NCBI GenBank assembly: GCA_046081505.1
Contig: JBJTWB010000275.1
Coordinates: 1 to 30,442, forward strand
Length of the DNA: 30,442 nucleotides
Reading direction: 5' to 3'
Source: Bacteroidota bacterium
Lineage (GTDB): Bacteria > Bacteroidota > Bacteroidia > Flavobacteriales_D > Sanyastnellaceae
Shown: in pieces, positions 8,530 to 19,170 of the stretch
Layout of the letters: the number at the start of each line of letters is the position of its first letter
Numbering within the stretch: the stretch's first letter is position 1
Notes under the pieces: generated by a model
The model's database searches: none
Seen by the model: the letters and a program-made list of their open reading frames with translations, nothing else
Told to the model about the DNA's origin: nothing
Translations under genes and position numbers: made by a program

Positions 8530-11337
8530 ATGGAATACGATTTTAGAAACATTGAAGTTAAATGGCGCAAGAAATGGGCGCAAGACGAGTATTATAAAGT
8601 TACAGAAGACCCGAATAAAAAGAAATTTTATGTTTTGGATATGTTCCCCTATCCAAGCGGAGCTGGGCTGCATGTTGGTCACCCGCTCGGTTATATTGCC
8701 TCTGACATTTACACACGATACATGCGTCACAAGGGCTTTAACGTGCTTCACCCCATGGGTTATGATTCATTTGGTTTGCCCGCAGAACAATACGCTATTT
8801 TAACGGGCCAGCACCCCGCTAAAACCACGGAACAAAACATAGAACGTTATCGAGAACAGCTAGACAAAATTGGGTTTTCGTATGATTGGAGTAGAGAGGT
8901 TCGAACCAGTTCTCCCAATTACTATAAATGGACACAGTGGATTTTCGGATTGTTATTTAATTCTTGGTATGACTTGGAGTTGAATAAAACGCGTCCGGTC
9001 TCTGATCTTATTAGCAAGTTTGAAGAGAATGGTTCGTATGGTGTGAATGCCCATATGGATGAAGAGTGGTGGAAAAATTATGTTCTAGAAGCTGACCATA
9101 TTTTCTCTCCTCAATTTGAAGGCGAATTCACTGCGACCGATTGGAGGAGTATGAATGAGGCGCAAAAAGAAGCTTTGCTCATGAACTATCGCATTGCTTA
9201 CCTAGCTGACTCTGTTGTGAATTGGTGCCCGGCCTTAGGAACTGTTCTAGCGAATGATGAAATTAAAGACGGAGTTAGCGAACGCGGCGGACACCCCGTT
9301 GAGCAGAAGAAAATGCGTCAGTGGAGCATGCGAATTTCTGCTTTTTCTGAACGATTGATTTCTGATTTAGACACTATTGATTGGCCCGAGAACATTAAGG
9401 AAATTCAACGCAATTGGATTGGAAAATCTTCTGGTGCACGGGTGCGTTTTCAAGCTGAGAAAGAAGTTACCATTGAGGTTTTCACTACACGTCCGGACAC
9501 GCTTTATGGCGTATCATTTTTAACATTAGCTCCTGAGCACGAAAGTGTGGAGATTCTAACCACGGCTGAACAGCGAGAAACTGTGGCAGAGTATGTGGCA
9601 AGCGCTAAAATGAAAACAGAGCGTGATCGTATGGCCGAGAAAAAGATTTCAGGTGTGTTCACTGGAAGCTATGCGTTGCATCCGTTTACGGGTGAACAAA
9701 TTCCAATTTGGATTGGTGATTATGTTTTGGCAGGTTATGGAACAGGCGCTGTAATGGCCGTTCCTGCAGGGGATCAGCGCGATTATGATTTTGCGAAACA
9801 CTTTAATTTAGAGATAAAAAACATTTTTATCGATTCAGATTTATCAGAGAAAGCGGAAACATCGAAAGATACTTTTCTTGCCAATTCAGATTTTCTGAAT
9901 GGAATGAATTACCATTCGGCATTCGATGCGGTGTGTGAACGATTAATGGAAATAGGTGCCGGTGAAAAACGAATAAACTATCGCTTACGCGACGCCGTGT
10001 TTAGTCGTCAGCGATACTGGGGAGAACCCTTTCCTATTTATTATGAAAACGGCATTCCTCGTTTAATCAATACGGAAGATCTTCCAACAGAATTACCAGA
10101 TGTAGACGCCTATCTTCCTACAGAATCGGGTGAGCCACCCCTGGCTCGTGCGAAGAATTGGGAGAGAAATGGCATGGCAATGGAGTGTAATACCATGCCC
10201 GGTTGGGCGGGGTCTTCATGGTATTTTTTGAGATACATGGATCCGCATAATACCCATGAAATAGCGAGCAAAGAAGCTATGAATTATTGGGGCCAGGTGG
10301 ACTTGTACATGGGGGGTGCAGAGCACGCAACAGGCCACTTGTTGTATTCCCGTTTTTGGACGAAAGCGCTATTCGATTTGGGATATATACCATTTAATGA
10401 ACCGTTTAAAAAAATGATTAACCAAGGAATGATTCTTGGTCGAAGCAGCTTTGTTTATCGCATTAAAGACACCAACACGTTTGTTACATACGAAAGAAGA
10501 AAAGAATACGAAACTCAGCGGTTGTATGCAGATATTTCTTTGGTAGATAATGATAAATTGGATATTGAGGCCTTTAAGAATTGGCTTCCTGAATATGCCA
10601 ATGCTGAATTCATAATGAATGAAAACAGCGAATATACGTGCGGCTCTGAAGTTGAGAAAATGTCGAAGTCGAAGTACAACGTACAAACCCCTGACGAGTT
10701 AGTGGAAAAATTTGGAGCAGACACATTGCGTTGTTATGAAATGTTCTTGGGCCCCGTTGAGCAGAGCAAGCCCTGGGATACCAAAGGAATTAACGGTGTC
10801 CACAATTTCTTGCGAAGGTTCCACAGATTGTTTTTAGAGAACGAGGTGTTTTCAGTTTCTTCAGAAGAGCCAACGGCGGCTGAAATGAAAGTGGTTCACA
10901 AGACCATTAAAAAGATAACCGAAGATCTAGAGCGCTTTTCTTGGAATACAGTTGTAAGTGCTTTCATGATTGCAACGAATGAACTTACAGATTTGAAATG
11001 CAACAAACGGACGGCATTAGAGCCACTGGTAATTATGCTTTCGCCATATGCACCTCATTTGGCAGAGGAAATTTGGAGTGAGTTAGGGCATGCTGGTTCG
11101 GTTATGAATGAGACTTGGCCCGCTGTTGAGAACAAATATTTGGAAGACGATAATTTTGAATATCCAGTTTCTTTCAATGGGAAGACACGCTTCTTCTTGT
11201 CTTTACCAGTAGGTATGAGTGCTGCAGATGTTGAGGCGCAGGTATTGGCGCATGAGAGTACGGCCAAATATTTGGAAGGAAAAACACCGAAAAAAATCAT
11301 AGTTGTTTCAAGGCGAATTGTAAATGTTGTTATGTAA
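8530..11337 (+). CDS. leuS: Leucine--tRNA ligase
   Basis: MFPYPSGAGLHVGH (HIGH), CP1 editing FTTRPDT and GTGAVMAVPAGDQRD, EKMSKS. Confidence 0.98.
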   Translation: MEYDFRNIEVKWRKKWAQDEYYKVTEDPNKKKFYVLDMFPYPSGAGLHVGHPLGYIASDIYTRYMRHKGFNVLHPMGYDSFGLPAEQYAILTGQHPAKTTEQNIERYREQLDKIGFSYDWSREVRTSSPNYYKWTQWIFGLLFNSWYDLELNKTRPVSDLISKFEENGSYGVNAHMDEEWWKNYVLEADHIFSPQFEGEFTATDWRSMNEAQKEALLMNYRIAYLADSVVNWCPALGTVLANDEIKDGVSERGGHPVEQKKMRQWSMRISAFSERLISDLDTIDWPENIKEIQRNWIGKSSGARVRFQAEKEVTIEVFTTRPDTLYGVSFLTLAPEHESVEILTTAEQRETVAEYVASAKMKTERDRMAEKKISGVFTGSYALHPFTGEQIPIWIGDYVLAGYGTGAVMAVPAGDQRDYDFAKHFNLEIKNIFIDSDLSEKAETSKDTFLANSDFLNGMNYHSAFDAVCERLMEIGAGEKRINYRLRDAVFSRQRYWGEPFPIYYENGIPRLINTEDLPTELPDVDAYLPTESGEPPLARAKNWERNGMAMECNTMPGWAGSSWYFLRYMDPHNTHEIASKEAMNYWGQVDLYMGGAEHATGHLLYSRFWTKALFDLGYIPFNEPFKKMINQGMILGRSSFVYRIKDTNTFVTYERRKEYETQRLYADISLVDNDKLDIEAFKNWLPEYANAEFIMNENSEYTCGSEVEKMSKSKYNVQTPDELVEKFGADTLRCYEMFLGPVEQSKPWDTKGINGVHNFLRRFHRLFLENEVFSVSSEEPTAAEMKVVHKTIKKITEDLERFSWNTVVSAFMIATNELTDLKCNKRTALEPLVIMLSPYAPHLAEEIWSELGHAGSVMNETWPAVENKYLEDDNFEYPVSFNGKTRFFLSLPVGMSAADVEAQVLAHESTAKYLEGKTPKKIIVVSRRIVNVVM

Positions 11338-11349
11338 TATTTAATTTCG
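11318..11349 (+). promoter_or_regulatory. Promoter for dnaG (TTG-N21-TAATTTCG)
   Basis: TTG 11318-11320, TAATTTCG 11342-11349, 7 nt before ATG 11357. Confidence 0.55.
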
Positions 11350-11356
11350 AAATAGA

Positions 11357-13306
11357 ATGATTTCAAGAGCCACCATTGATCGAATTTATCAGGCCATTCT
11401 CATAGAGGATGTAATTGGTGAGTTCGTTCATTTGAAGAGAAGTGGCTCGTCATTTCGAGGGTTATCTCCTTTTGTGAACGAAAAAACACCGAGCTTCTTT
11501 GTTGTTCCGGCGAAGGGAATTTATAAAGACTTTAGCTCGGGTAAGGGGGGAAATGCCATTGATTTTTTAATGCAGCACGAAAAACTCTCTTATCCAGAAG
11601 CGTTGAGATGGTTGGCGGCGAGGTATAATATTGAAATTGAAGAGGAACAGGAAAGCGAAGAACAGCGTGCTGAAAAATCCGAAAGAGAACAATTAGCTGT
11701 TGTTACGGAATTTGCAAACAAGTATTTTCAGGAACAACTGCATCATTCCGAAATTGGAAGAAACATTGGGCTATCTTATTTCGAAGAGCGTGGCTTCAGA
11801 GAAGACATCATTAAAAAATTTCAATTGGGTTATTGTCCTGAAGGTTGGGACAAAATGTCTCAAGCGGCTTTATCTGCAGGTCATTCATTAACCTATTTGT
11901 TAAAAACAGGTTTAACGAGAGAAAAAGATGGCGCACCCTATGATTTTTTTAGGGGGAGGGTTATGTTTCCAATTCACAATGTGAGCGGAAAAGTCATAGC
12001 GTTTGGTGGTAGAACACTGAAGGTAGAAAAGGAAATTGCCAAGTATTTCAACAGCCCTGAGAGTGATCTATACCACAAGAGCAATGTGTTATATGGTATG
12101 CATTTGGCAAAAAATGCCATGGTGAAAGATGACAATTGCTATTTGGTTGAGGGATATACAGATGTAATAGCATTGCATCAAGCAGGTGTAGAGAATGTAG
12201 TGGCGAGTTCGGGAACAAGCCTCACAGAGGGGCAAATTCGATTAATTAAACGATTCACCTCCAACATTACAATCTTGTATGACGGAGATAAGGCCGGTAT
12301 TAAAGCAAGTTTTCGAGGTATTGATATGATTTTGAAGGAAGGGTTGAATGCGCGAGTAGCAACTTTTCCAGATGGTGATGATCCAGATAGCTTCGCGAAA
12401 AAACATTCTAGTGAAGAGATTACAAATTATATAGCTACTAACGCCAAAGATTTTATTCGTTATAAAACATCTCTTCTTCTTGAAGAAGTTGGAAATGATC
12501 CCATTAAAAAAGCGGGATTAATTAAAGGAATTGTAGAGAGTATTGCGCTAATTCCAGATGCAATTAAGCGATCCGTTTTCATTCAAGATTGTGCGCAGAT
12601 AATGCAGATTGGTGAATCTGTTTTGCTGTTGGAATTAAACAAGATTTTACTCTCTAATAAAAAGGGTAAGGAGGAAACACCAACAATACCAACTTCTCCG
12701 GATGTACAACAAGAGGTTCCAATTGAACCGACTTCTTTGGACGAAGGATTTACCACGCTTCCAATAGAAAGGGAGTTAATTCGATTGCTTATAACCTATG
12801 GAGAGTATGCCATTTCAATCAACATCATACAAGAAGACATGACGGTTAAGGCTCAGGATATTTCTGTTGCAGACTATATCATTGGAACCATTGAAGAAGA
12901 TAAAATAAAGTTTCAATCTGAATTGTATCAACTCATGTTCAATGAATACGTTTCATTGGTTAATGAAAAATCGCTTTTCGAAGAATCTGAGTTTACTCAG
13001 CATGGAAATGAAAGGGTGCGAAATGAAGCGGCAGATATATTCACCCCAAAGTATCAACTGAGTGAAAACTGGATGAACAAGCACGGTGTTTATTCAGAAA
13101 AAGAAGAAGACCGCTTAGCAATTACAATCAAAGATTGCTTGTTTCGATTGAAATTGAGAAATGTACAATTGCGCATGAAAAGCTTGGAAATGGAGTTGGC
13201 AGAGTCGAAATCAGATGAAGAGATTTTCATGTTAATGGCTGAGAAGAAACGTCTCGATTTTGTTCGTGCAAAAATTGCCGATTACTTTGGAATTATCACT
13301 TTATAA
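11357..13306 (+). CDS. dnaG: DNA primase
   Basis: FFRGRVMFPI, IAFGGR, KYFNSPES, TOPRIM LVEGYTDV and YDGDKAG; N-terminal ZBD fold without Cys ligands. Confidence 0.97.
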   Translation: MISRATIDRIYQAILIEDVIGEFVHLKRSGSSFRGLSPFVNEKTPSFFVVPAKGIYKDFSSGKGGNAIDFLMQHEKLSYPEALRWLAARYNIEIEEEQESEEQRAEKSEREQLAVVTEFANKYFQEQLHHSEIGRNIGLSYFEERGFREDIIKKFQLGYCPEGWDKMSQAALSAGHSLTYLLKTGLTREKDGAPYDFFRGRVMFPIHNVSGKVIAFGGRTLKVEKEIAKYFNSPESDLYHKSNVLYGMHLAKNAMVKDDNCYLVEGYTDVIALHQAGVENVVASSGTSLTEGQIRLIKRFTSNITILYDGDKAGIKASFRGIDMILKEGLNARVATFPDGDDPDSFAKKHSSEEITNYIATNAKDFIRYKTSLLLEEVGNDPIKKAGLIKGIVESIALIPDAIKRSVFIQDCAQIMQIGESVLLLELNKILLSNKKGKEETPTIPTSPDVQQEVPIEPTSLDEGFTTLPIERELIRLLITYGEYAISINIIQEDMTVKAQDISVADYIIGTIEEDKIKFQSELYQLMFNEYVSLVNEKSLFEESEFTQHGNERVRNEAADIFTPKYQLSENWMNKHGVYSEKEEDRLAITIKDCLFRLKLRNVQLRMKSLEMELAESKSDEEIFMLMAEKKRLDFVRAKIADYFGIITL

Positions 13307-13323
13307 TTGAATCAGTTTTCTTT

Positions 13324-13331
13324 TATCTTCG
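13324..13331 (+). promoter_or_regulatory. -7 promoter element (TATCTTCG) for clpP
   Basis: TATCTTCG in the 43-bp dnaG-clpP gap, 18 nt before ATG. Confidence 0.55.
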
Positions 13332-13349
13332 AACCAAATTAGAAAGGAC

Positions 13350-14027
13350 ATGAATAGAAAGGAATTTAAAAAATATGCAACGGGCCACTTGGTCATGAAC
13401 AGCACTACGGTTGACGATGTGGTATCACATATGTACGGCCCTGAAATGATGACCAGAACGGTCATTGAAGAGAGAAATATGCCCTTCAGGGAAGTGGATG
13501 TCTTTTCAAGACTCATGGCTGATCGCATTATTTTTCTCGGCACTGAGATTGACGATTACATTGCAAACATCATTCAAGCCCAATTGCTCTTTTTAGAAAG
13601 CACAGATTCCAAGAAAGACATTCAGATATACATCAACTCTCCAGGGGGAAGTGTATACGCAGGATTGGGAATTTATGATACCATGCAATACATTAACCCA
13701 GATGTAGCCACAATTTGTACGGGAATGGCCGCCTCTATGGGTGCTGTTTTGTTGTGTGCAGGTGCAGCGGGAAAAAGAACAGGTTTAAAGCACTCTCGCG
13801 TCATGATTCACCAACCGTTAGGAGGTGCTAGAGGTCAGGCTTCAGATATTGAAATTACGGCCAGAGAAATACAAAAATTGAAGAAGGAGTTGTATGATAT
13901 CATTGCCACCCATAGTGGTCAAACGTATGATAAAGTATGGGAAGACAGTGACCGTGACTATTGGATGATTGCACAAGAAGCGAAGGAGTATGGAATGATA
14001 GATGAAGTTTTAGAAAGAAAGAAATAA
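13350..14027 (+). CDS. clpP: ATP-dependent Clp protease proteolytic subunit
   Basis: [29 protein letters not shown] (Ser), MIHQP (His), DRD (Asp); N-terminal extension. Confidence 0.97.
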   Translation: MNRKEFKKYATGHLVMNSTTVDDVVSHMYGPEMMTRTVIEERNMPFREVDVFSRLMADRIIFLGTEIDDYIANIIQAQLLFLESTDSKKDIQIYINSPGGSVYAGLGIYDTMQYINPDVATICTGMAASMGAVLLCAGAAGKRTGLKHSRVMIHQPLGGARGQASDIEITAREIQKLKKELYDIIATHSGQTYDKVWEDSDRDYWMIAQEAKEYGMIDEVLERKK

Positions 14028-14040
14028 ACACCGCTTACAA

Positions 14041-14080
14041 AAACAGGGAAGAGACACGAACTTCGTGTCTCTCTTTGTTT
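14041..14080 (+). terminator. Stem-loop after clpP (intrinsic-terminator-like)
   Basis: AAACAGGGAAGAGACACGAA-C-TTCGTGTCTCTCTTTGTTT: perfect 11-bp inverted repeat core (AGAGACACGAA/TTCGTGTCTCT) extendable with one bulge and G-U pairs; A-rich 5' and T-rich 3' flanks. Confidence 0.7.
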
Positions 14081-14088
14081 CTAAAAAA

Positions 14089-16551
14089 ATGAAAACATAT
14101 TTTGTAGATGTGGTTGTGCCACTTGCAGTTCCGAAGCCATTGACCTATCGTGTGCCAATGGAGTGGGAGTCATATGTGAATCAAGGAAGTAGGGTGGTTG
14201 TTCCTATCGGAAAAGCAAAGAAATATACCGGTATCATTTGGCGTGTGCATGAAGAAGTTCCAAAGGACCATGCAGCTAAATACATTGATGAAGTGCTCGA
14301 TGACTTGCCAATTCTATCTAAAAAACAAATGGAATTGTGGAATTGGATGTCTCAGTATTATGCTTGCACGTTGGGCGAAATCATGTCTGCGGCACTTCCC
14401 ACGGGATTAAAATTATCAAGCGAAACCATTTATGTATCGAATCAGGTTGACGACTTGGTTTTGGAGCCACATGAATTGCTTTTGGTAGAATTCATATCAA
14501 AAAAAAATCAAGGTGAAGGGGTTTCAGCACAGGAGCTTCAAGTACACCTGCCGTTGATTCAAGTTCAAAAAACCGTTCGGTCATTGTTGAAAAAAGGAGC
14601 ACTTTCTGCACTGGAAGAGGTCAAAGAGAAATTCGTTCCAAAGCGAATTACCTACCTCATGTTATCTCCTTCTTTTTGTTCAGATGATGCGCTTCAAACC
14701 TGTTTTAATCAACTGGAAAAAAGAAATGCCGACAAGCAACACGCTGCTCTAATGACTTTTATTCAATTGAGCAACTGGAACGGAATAGAGGGAGTTGCTG
14801 TGAGAAAAAAAGATTTGATTCAAGCATCAAAAATAGATCATGCAGCAATTCAAGGATTAATTAAAAAGGGAGTTCTAATTCAAGAAGAAAGAAATGAACG
14901 CAGGGTTGTAGGTGAAGAAGCTACTCGTGATGAAATGCCCGTATTGTCTAAAGAGCAAGAGGAAGCAAAAGACAAGATTTTGAATCACAAAGGAACAAGT
15001 TTGTTATTTGGTGTTACTTCCTCAGGAAAAACAGAGGTGTACATTCACCTCATTGAAGAACAGTTGAAACAGGGTAAACAAGTTCTTTTTTTACTTCCGG
15101 AAATAGCCTTAACCACGCACCTTATTCATCGAGTTCAAGCATATTTTGGTGAGCAGGTTGGTGTTTATCATAGCGGTTACAGCACCCATGAACGAACAGA
15201 AGTTTGGCATCGTGTATTAGGAGGAAAATACAGATTCAATGTGGTTTTAGGGGCAAGAAGCGCGCTATTTCTCCCCTTCGAAAATCTTGGTCTAATCATA
15301 GTAGACGAAGAACATGAGGGTACATTTAAACAACAAGACCCCGCCCCTAGATATCAGGCTCGTGACGCAGCAGTTATGTTGGGGATGATGCACGAAATTT
15401 CTGTGGTTCTAGGAAGCGCTACTCCATCTATAGAATCAATGTATAATGCCAACTCAGGAAGGTATCAGCGAGTAGATTTAACCCAACGATTTGGTTTAGC
15501 ACAACAGCCGAAGATTGAACTTGTTAATTTGAAAGCAGAGCTAGCAGCGAAACGTGTAACGGGAACATTTTCTCAAACATTGATTGATCAAATTTCCGAA
15601 ACAGTAAAACAAGGAAATCAAGTTATATTATTTCAAAACAGAAGGGGCTACACACCGCTTTGGGAGTGCGTTATGTGTCACCACATTCCCGAATGCAAAA
15701 ATTGCGATGTGAGCCTAACTTTTCATAAATCGAGTAATGAATTAAAATGTCATTACTGCGGCTTCGTTCAAAAACCACCTACCCAATGCCCAGCCTGTGG
15801 TGTGCAAAATTTTAAAATGATGGGCGCAGGCACTGAAAAGATTGAAGAAGAGCTGCAAGATATTTTACCTCATGTTCGTGTGGGGCGAATGGACATGGAT
15901 GTTGCCAGGGGAAAGCACGCACACAAACAGTTATTAAATGAATTTGAAGAAGGTAAACTAGACGTGCTTGTGGGCACACAAATGGTAACCAAAGGATTGG
16001 ACTTTTCAAAAGTTCAATTGGTTGGTGTGTTGAATGCCGATCGAATGATGAAACACCCAGATTTTCGGGCGTTGGAGCGGGCATTTCAACTGCTTGTTCA
16101 AGTGGCAGGAAGAAGTGGAAGAAGAGAAGAAATGGGTCGGGTGTTGATTCAGACTTACGACACAGATCATTGGATTTTCCCCTACGTCATTCAAAATGAT
16201 TATGAAGGGTTTTATAGGATAGAAGTCAACGAACGGGAACAACACGCTTATCCACCATTCAAGCGTATGATAAAACTTACTGTGAAGCATAAGGATAGGG
16301 CGGTTGTTCACAAAGCAACGCAACAAATTTTCGAATGGTTGAAAACCGCATTGAACGGACATTTTTTTGGACCCGAAGAGCCGTATGTGAGCAGAATTAA
16401 TAATTATTATATCCGTGTTTTTTGGATTCGCATTCCAAAAATGACCGAACATTTATTGGTTAAACAATTTTTGTTGGATTGTAAATTGAATTTATTGAAA
16501 GATCCTGAATTTAAAATGGTTCGTTTCGCTATTGATGTTGACCCGTCTTAA
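14089..16551 (+). CDS. priA: Primosomal protein N' (replication restart helicase)
   Basis: [18 protein letters not shown], four CxxC (CVMC, CKNC, CHYC, CPAC), [20 protein letters not shown]. Start moved from the track's GTG 14065 (inside the hairpin) to ATG 14089. Confidence 0.96.
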   Translation: MKTYFVDVVVPLAVPKPLTYRVPMEWESYVNQGSRVVVPIGKAKKYTGIIWRVHEEVPKDHAAKYIDEVLDDLPILSKKQMELWNWMSQYYACTLGEIMSAALPTGLKLSSETIYVSNQVDDLVLEPHELLLVEFISKKNQGEGVSAQELQVHLPLIQVQKTVRSLLKKGALSALEEVKEKFVPKRITYLMLSPSFCSDDALQTCFNQLEKRNADKQHAALMTFIQLSNWNGIEGVAVRKKDLIQASKIDHAAIQGLIKKGVLIQEERNERRVVGEEATRDEMPVLSKEQEEAKDKILNHKGTSLLFGVTSSGKTEVYIHLIEEQLKQGKQVLFLLPEIALTTHLIHRVQAYFGEQVGVYHSGYSTHERTEVWHRVLGGKYRFNVVLGARSALFLPFENLGLIIVDEEHEGTFKQQDPAPRYQARDAAVMLGMMHEISVVLGSATPSIESMYNANSGRYQRVDLTQRFGLAQQPKIELVNLKAELAAKRVTGTFSQTLIDQISETVKQGNQVILFQNRRGYTPLWECVMCHHIPECKNCDVSLTFHKSSNELKCHYCGFVQKPPTQCPACGVQNFKMMGAGTEKIEEELQDILPHVRVGRMDMDVARGKHAHKQLLNEFEEGKLDVLVGTQMVTKGLDFSKVQLVGVLNADRMMKHPDFRALERAFQLLVQVAGRSGRREEMGRVLIQTYDTDHWIFPYVIQNDYEGFYRIEVNEREQHAYPPFKRMIKLTVKHKDRAVVHKATQQIFEWLKTALNGHFFGPEEPYVSRINNYYIRVFWIRIPKMTEHLLVKQFLLDCKLNLLKDPEFKMVRFAIDVDPS

Positions 16552-16563
16552 GAAGTAAATTCT

Positions 16564-16571
16564 TACCTTTG
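16564..16571 (+). promoter_or_regulatory. -7 promoter element (TACCTTTG) for clpX-mutS
   Basis: Perfect TAnnTTTG in the priA-clpX gap; the track's TTG start (16569) lies inside it. Confidence 0.65.
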
Positions 16572-16589
16572 ATCTCTAAACAAATTCGA

Positions 16590-17819
16590 ATGTCAAAACA
16601 AGATATTTCTTGCTCTTTTTGTGGAAGAAAGAAAAGTGAAGCAGGTCTTTTAATCGCCGGGGTTTCAGGTCATATTTGCGCTGATTGTGCGGTTCAAGCC
16701 AGTGAAATAGTCAAAGAAGAGTCGAAACCCAGAGAAGAGGAATCATTTCAATCTTCCGAAATTTTAAAGCCAAAAGAAATTCAGCATTTTTTAGATGAGT
16801 ATATCATTGGTCAAGAAGAAGCAAAAAAGGTACTCAGCGTTGCCGTATACAACCACTATAAAAGGTTAGCTCAAGGCGTTTCAAAGAAACAAGATGGGGT
16901 TGAAATTGAGAAATCTAATATTGTATTGGTTGGGGAAACAGGAACAGGAAAAACACTTTTGGCGAAGACAATAGCGAAGATGCTACACGTTCCTTTTTGC
17001 ATTGCAGACGCCACGGTATTGACACAAGCGGGATATGTTGGAGAAGACGTTGAAAGCATTCTTTCACGCTTGCTACAAAATGCTGATTACGATGTTCAAA
17101 AAGCAGAACGAGGAATTGTTTTCATTGATGAAATAGACAAGATTGCGCGTAAAAGTGACAACCCAAGTATAACCAGAGATGTGAGCGGTGAAGGGGTTCA
17201 ACAAGCTTTATTGAAACTTTTAGAAGGCGCGATAGTGAGCGTACCACCCCAAGGCGGACGCAAGCACCCCGAACAAAAAATGATTCAAATTGACACCAAA
17301 AATGTTCTGTTTATTTGTGGAGGGGCTTTTGACGGTATTGATAAACACATTGAGAGAAGAATGAATACGGCTTCCATTGGTTTTAGAAGCGCCTTGTCTC
17401 AAGAAGAAGTGCAAAGTTGGCTTCAGTTTATTTCTCCAGCCGATTTAAAACAGTTTGGTTTGATACCAGAATTAATTGGCCGCTTTCCGGTATTAACATT
17501 TTTGAATACACTCAATGCTACTGCCTTAAGACGAATTTTAACGGAGCCTAAAAACGCATTGGTACGTCAGTACATGCGTTTATTTGAAATGGATGGTGTA
17601 AAGCTTTCTTTCGATAAGCAAGTACTTGATTTCATTGTTGAACAAGCCATGGAATACCAATTGGGCGCACGTGGACTACGCTCCATTTGTGAAGCCATTT
17701 TGTTAGATGCCATGTTTGAAATTCCAAATAACAAAGACCAGAAAGAATTCAAGGTGACATTGACCTATGCAAAGGAGCAATTTGGAAAATCAAAAATCAG
17801 TAAATTGAAAGTGGCCTAG
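16590..17819 (+). CDS. clpX: ATP-dependent Clp protease ATP-binding subunit
   Basis: CSFC...HICADC zinc finger, [28 protein letters not shown] loop, GARGLR. Start taken as ATG 16590. Confidence 0.97.
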   Translation: MSKQDISCSFCGRKKSEAGLLIAGVSGHICADCAVQASEIVKEESKPREEESFQSSEILKPKEIQHFLDEYIIGQEEAKKVLSVAVYNHYKRLAQGVSKKQDGVEIEKSNIVLVGETGTGKTLLAKTIAKMLHVPFCIADATVLTQAGYVGEDVESILSRLLQNADYDVQKAERGIVFIDEIDKIARKSDNPSITRDVSGEGVQQALLKLLEGAIVSVPPQGGRKHPEQKMIQIDTKNVLFICGGAFDGIDKHIERRMNTASIGFRSALSQEEVQSWLQFISPADLKQFGLIPELIGRFPVLTFLNTLNATALRRILTEPKNALVRQYMRLFEMDGVKLSFDKQVLDFIVEQAMEYQLGARGLRSICEAILLDAMFEIPNNKDQKEFKVTLTYAKEQFGKSKISKLKVA

Positions 17820-17820
17820 C

Positions 17821-19170
17821 ATGTCTGAAGAGAAGCAAGATGTGGTGGAAACTCCACTCATGAAACAATACAACGGAATTAAGGTACAGTATCCCGATGC
17901 CTTGCTGTTGTTTCGTGTTGGTGATTTTTACGAAACGTTTGGTTCTGACGCGGTTGAAGCCGCGCGCATTCTTGGTATTACTTTAACAAAAAGGAAAAAC
18001 GGCGCAGCTGCATTTGTTGAGTTAGCGGGTTTCCCACACCATGCGTTAGATACGTATTTGCCGAAATTAGTTCGGGCTGGAAATAGAGTGGCTATCTGTG
18101 ATCAGTTGGAAGATCCAAAACTCACCAAGAAAATTGTTAAACGCGGTATCACTGAACTTGTAACGCCCGGGGTGAGTTACAATGAAAAAACGTATGACAG
18201 CTCAAACAATCAGTTTTTAGCCGCTGTGGTCATGCGAAACAATTTAGCCGGTGTGAGTTTTTTAGATATTTCTACGGGAGAGTTTTATTTGGCAGAGGGA
18301 TCATATCAACATGTAGCGAAGTTGTTACAAAGTTTTAGACCGAATGAGGTGTTGTTTCAAAAGCACACAGATCAAGCTTTTCGCGAGGCATTCGGAGATA
18401 CCAAATACTTTACTTTTCGTCTTGATGAATGGATTTTTTCATCAGACTATGCCGAAGAAGTGCTGCAAAAACAATTTGGAACCAAGTCTTTAAAAGGCTT
18501 CGGTGTAGATGATTTAAAATTGGGTGTTATTGCAGCCGGAGCGGCAATGCACTATCTGAAAGATACCCAACATGATAAAACCGCACACATACAAAAAATT
18601 GCTCGGTTAGAGCAAGACGCGTACATGTGGTTAGACCGATTCACCATTCGAAATTTAGAATTGGTGAATAGCCTGCACGATGAAAGCGCCACACTTTACC
18701 ATGTCTTAAATCAGACGTGCACCCCCATGGGGGCGAGGTTGTTGAGGAGGTGGATTTTACTTCCACTAAAAGAAATTTCAGCCATTGAGAAAAGAAGCAA
18801 TGCTGTAAAAATCTTAACAGAGAATCAGGAGTTTTTGGCAGAACTGCGACTGCATTTGAACGGTCTTGGAGATACTGAAAGGCTGGCTTCCAAAGTGGCA
18901 ACCTCGCGAATAAATCCAAGAGAATTGCTCCAATTGGCGAAGGCTATGAATACCAGCAACGCCATTCACCAATTGATAAAAGACAAAAACTTTCCTGCTT
19001 TATTTCATTGGGCAAAAGATCTGGTAGAACTTGAACCCTGGGTGAATGAAATAATGAACACCTTAAATCCAGATGCTCCCATTGCCTTGAATAAAGGTGA
19101 GGTCATAGCAAAAGGAGGTGTTCGATTGGTTGGCAGGAGTGCCACTTCCAGAAGGTCAAAAACCTTTTGA
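17821..19170 (+). pseudogene. mutS: DNA mismatch repair protein MutS, N-terminal half only (truncated)
   Basis: ETPLMKQY, LLFRVGDFYE (mismatch-binding Phe), TPMGARLLRRW; MutS-like sequence stops at about residue 432 (GEVIAKG), then 17 residues read out of frame from the next gene; no Walker A/B ATPase domain. Confidence 0.88.
19111..19120. other. Apparent deletion or assembly junction between mutS and ricT
   Basis: AAAGGAGGTG: left side reads MutS K-G, right side reads RicT E-V-F-D-W-L in the +1 frame; in-frame TAG at 19106-19108 leaves no room for a RicT N-terminus. Confidence 0.7.

Noticed and set aside
8513-8542. ACGATT occurs three times around the leuS start (8513, 8523, 8537)
   Set aside because: Irregular spacing (10 and 14 nt), third copy is coding (Y-D-F), short AT-rich word
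14499-14507. Homopolymer runs (A9 in priA; also T-runs in dusB and rnpA, A8 after the PorV-like ATG) as phase-variation tracts
   Set aside because: All are in frame as Lys codons within housekeeping genes; typical of low-GC DNA
19112-19119. Perfect Shine-Dalgarno-like AAGGAGGT at the mutS/ricT junction
   Set aside because: It overlaps the GTG itself (no spacing), Bacteroidota rarely use SD, and it is explained as a by-product of joining K-G and E-V codons
19100-19170. Programmed +1 frameshift producing a MutS-RicT fusion
   Set aside because: No convincing slippery site or stimulatory structure, and both partners look truncated; deletion or misjoin is simpler
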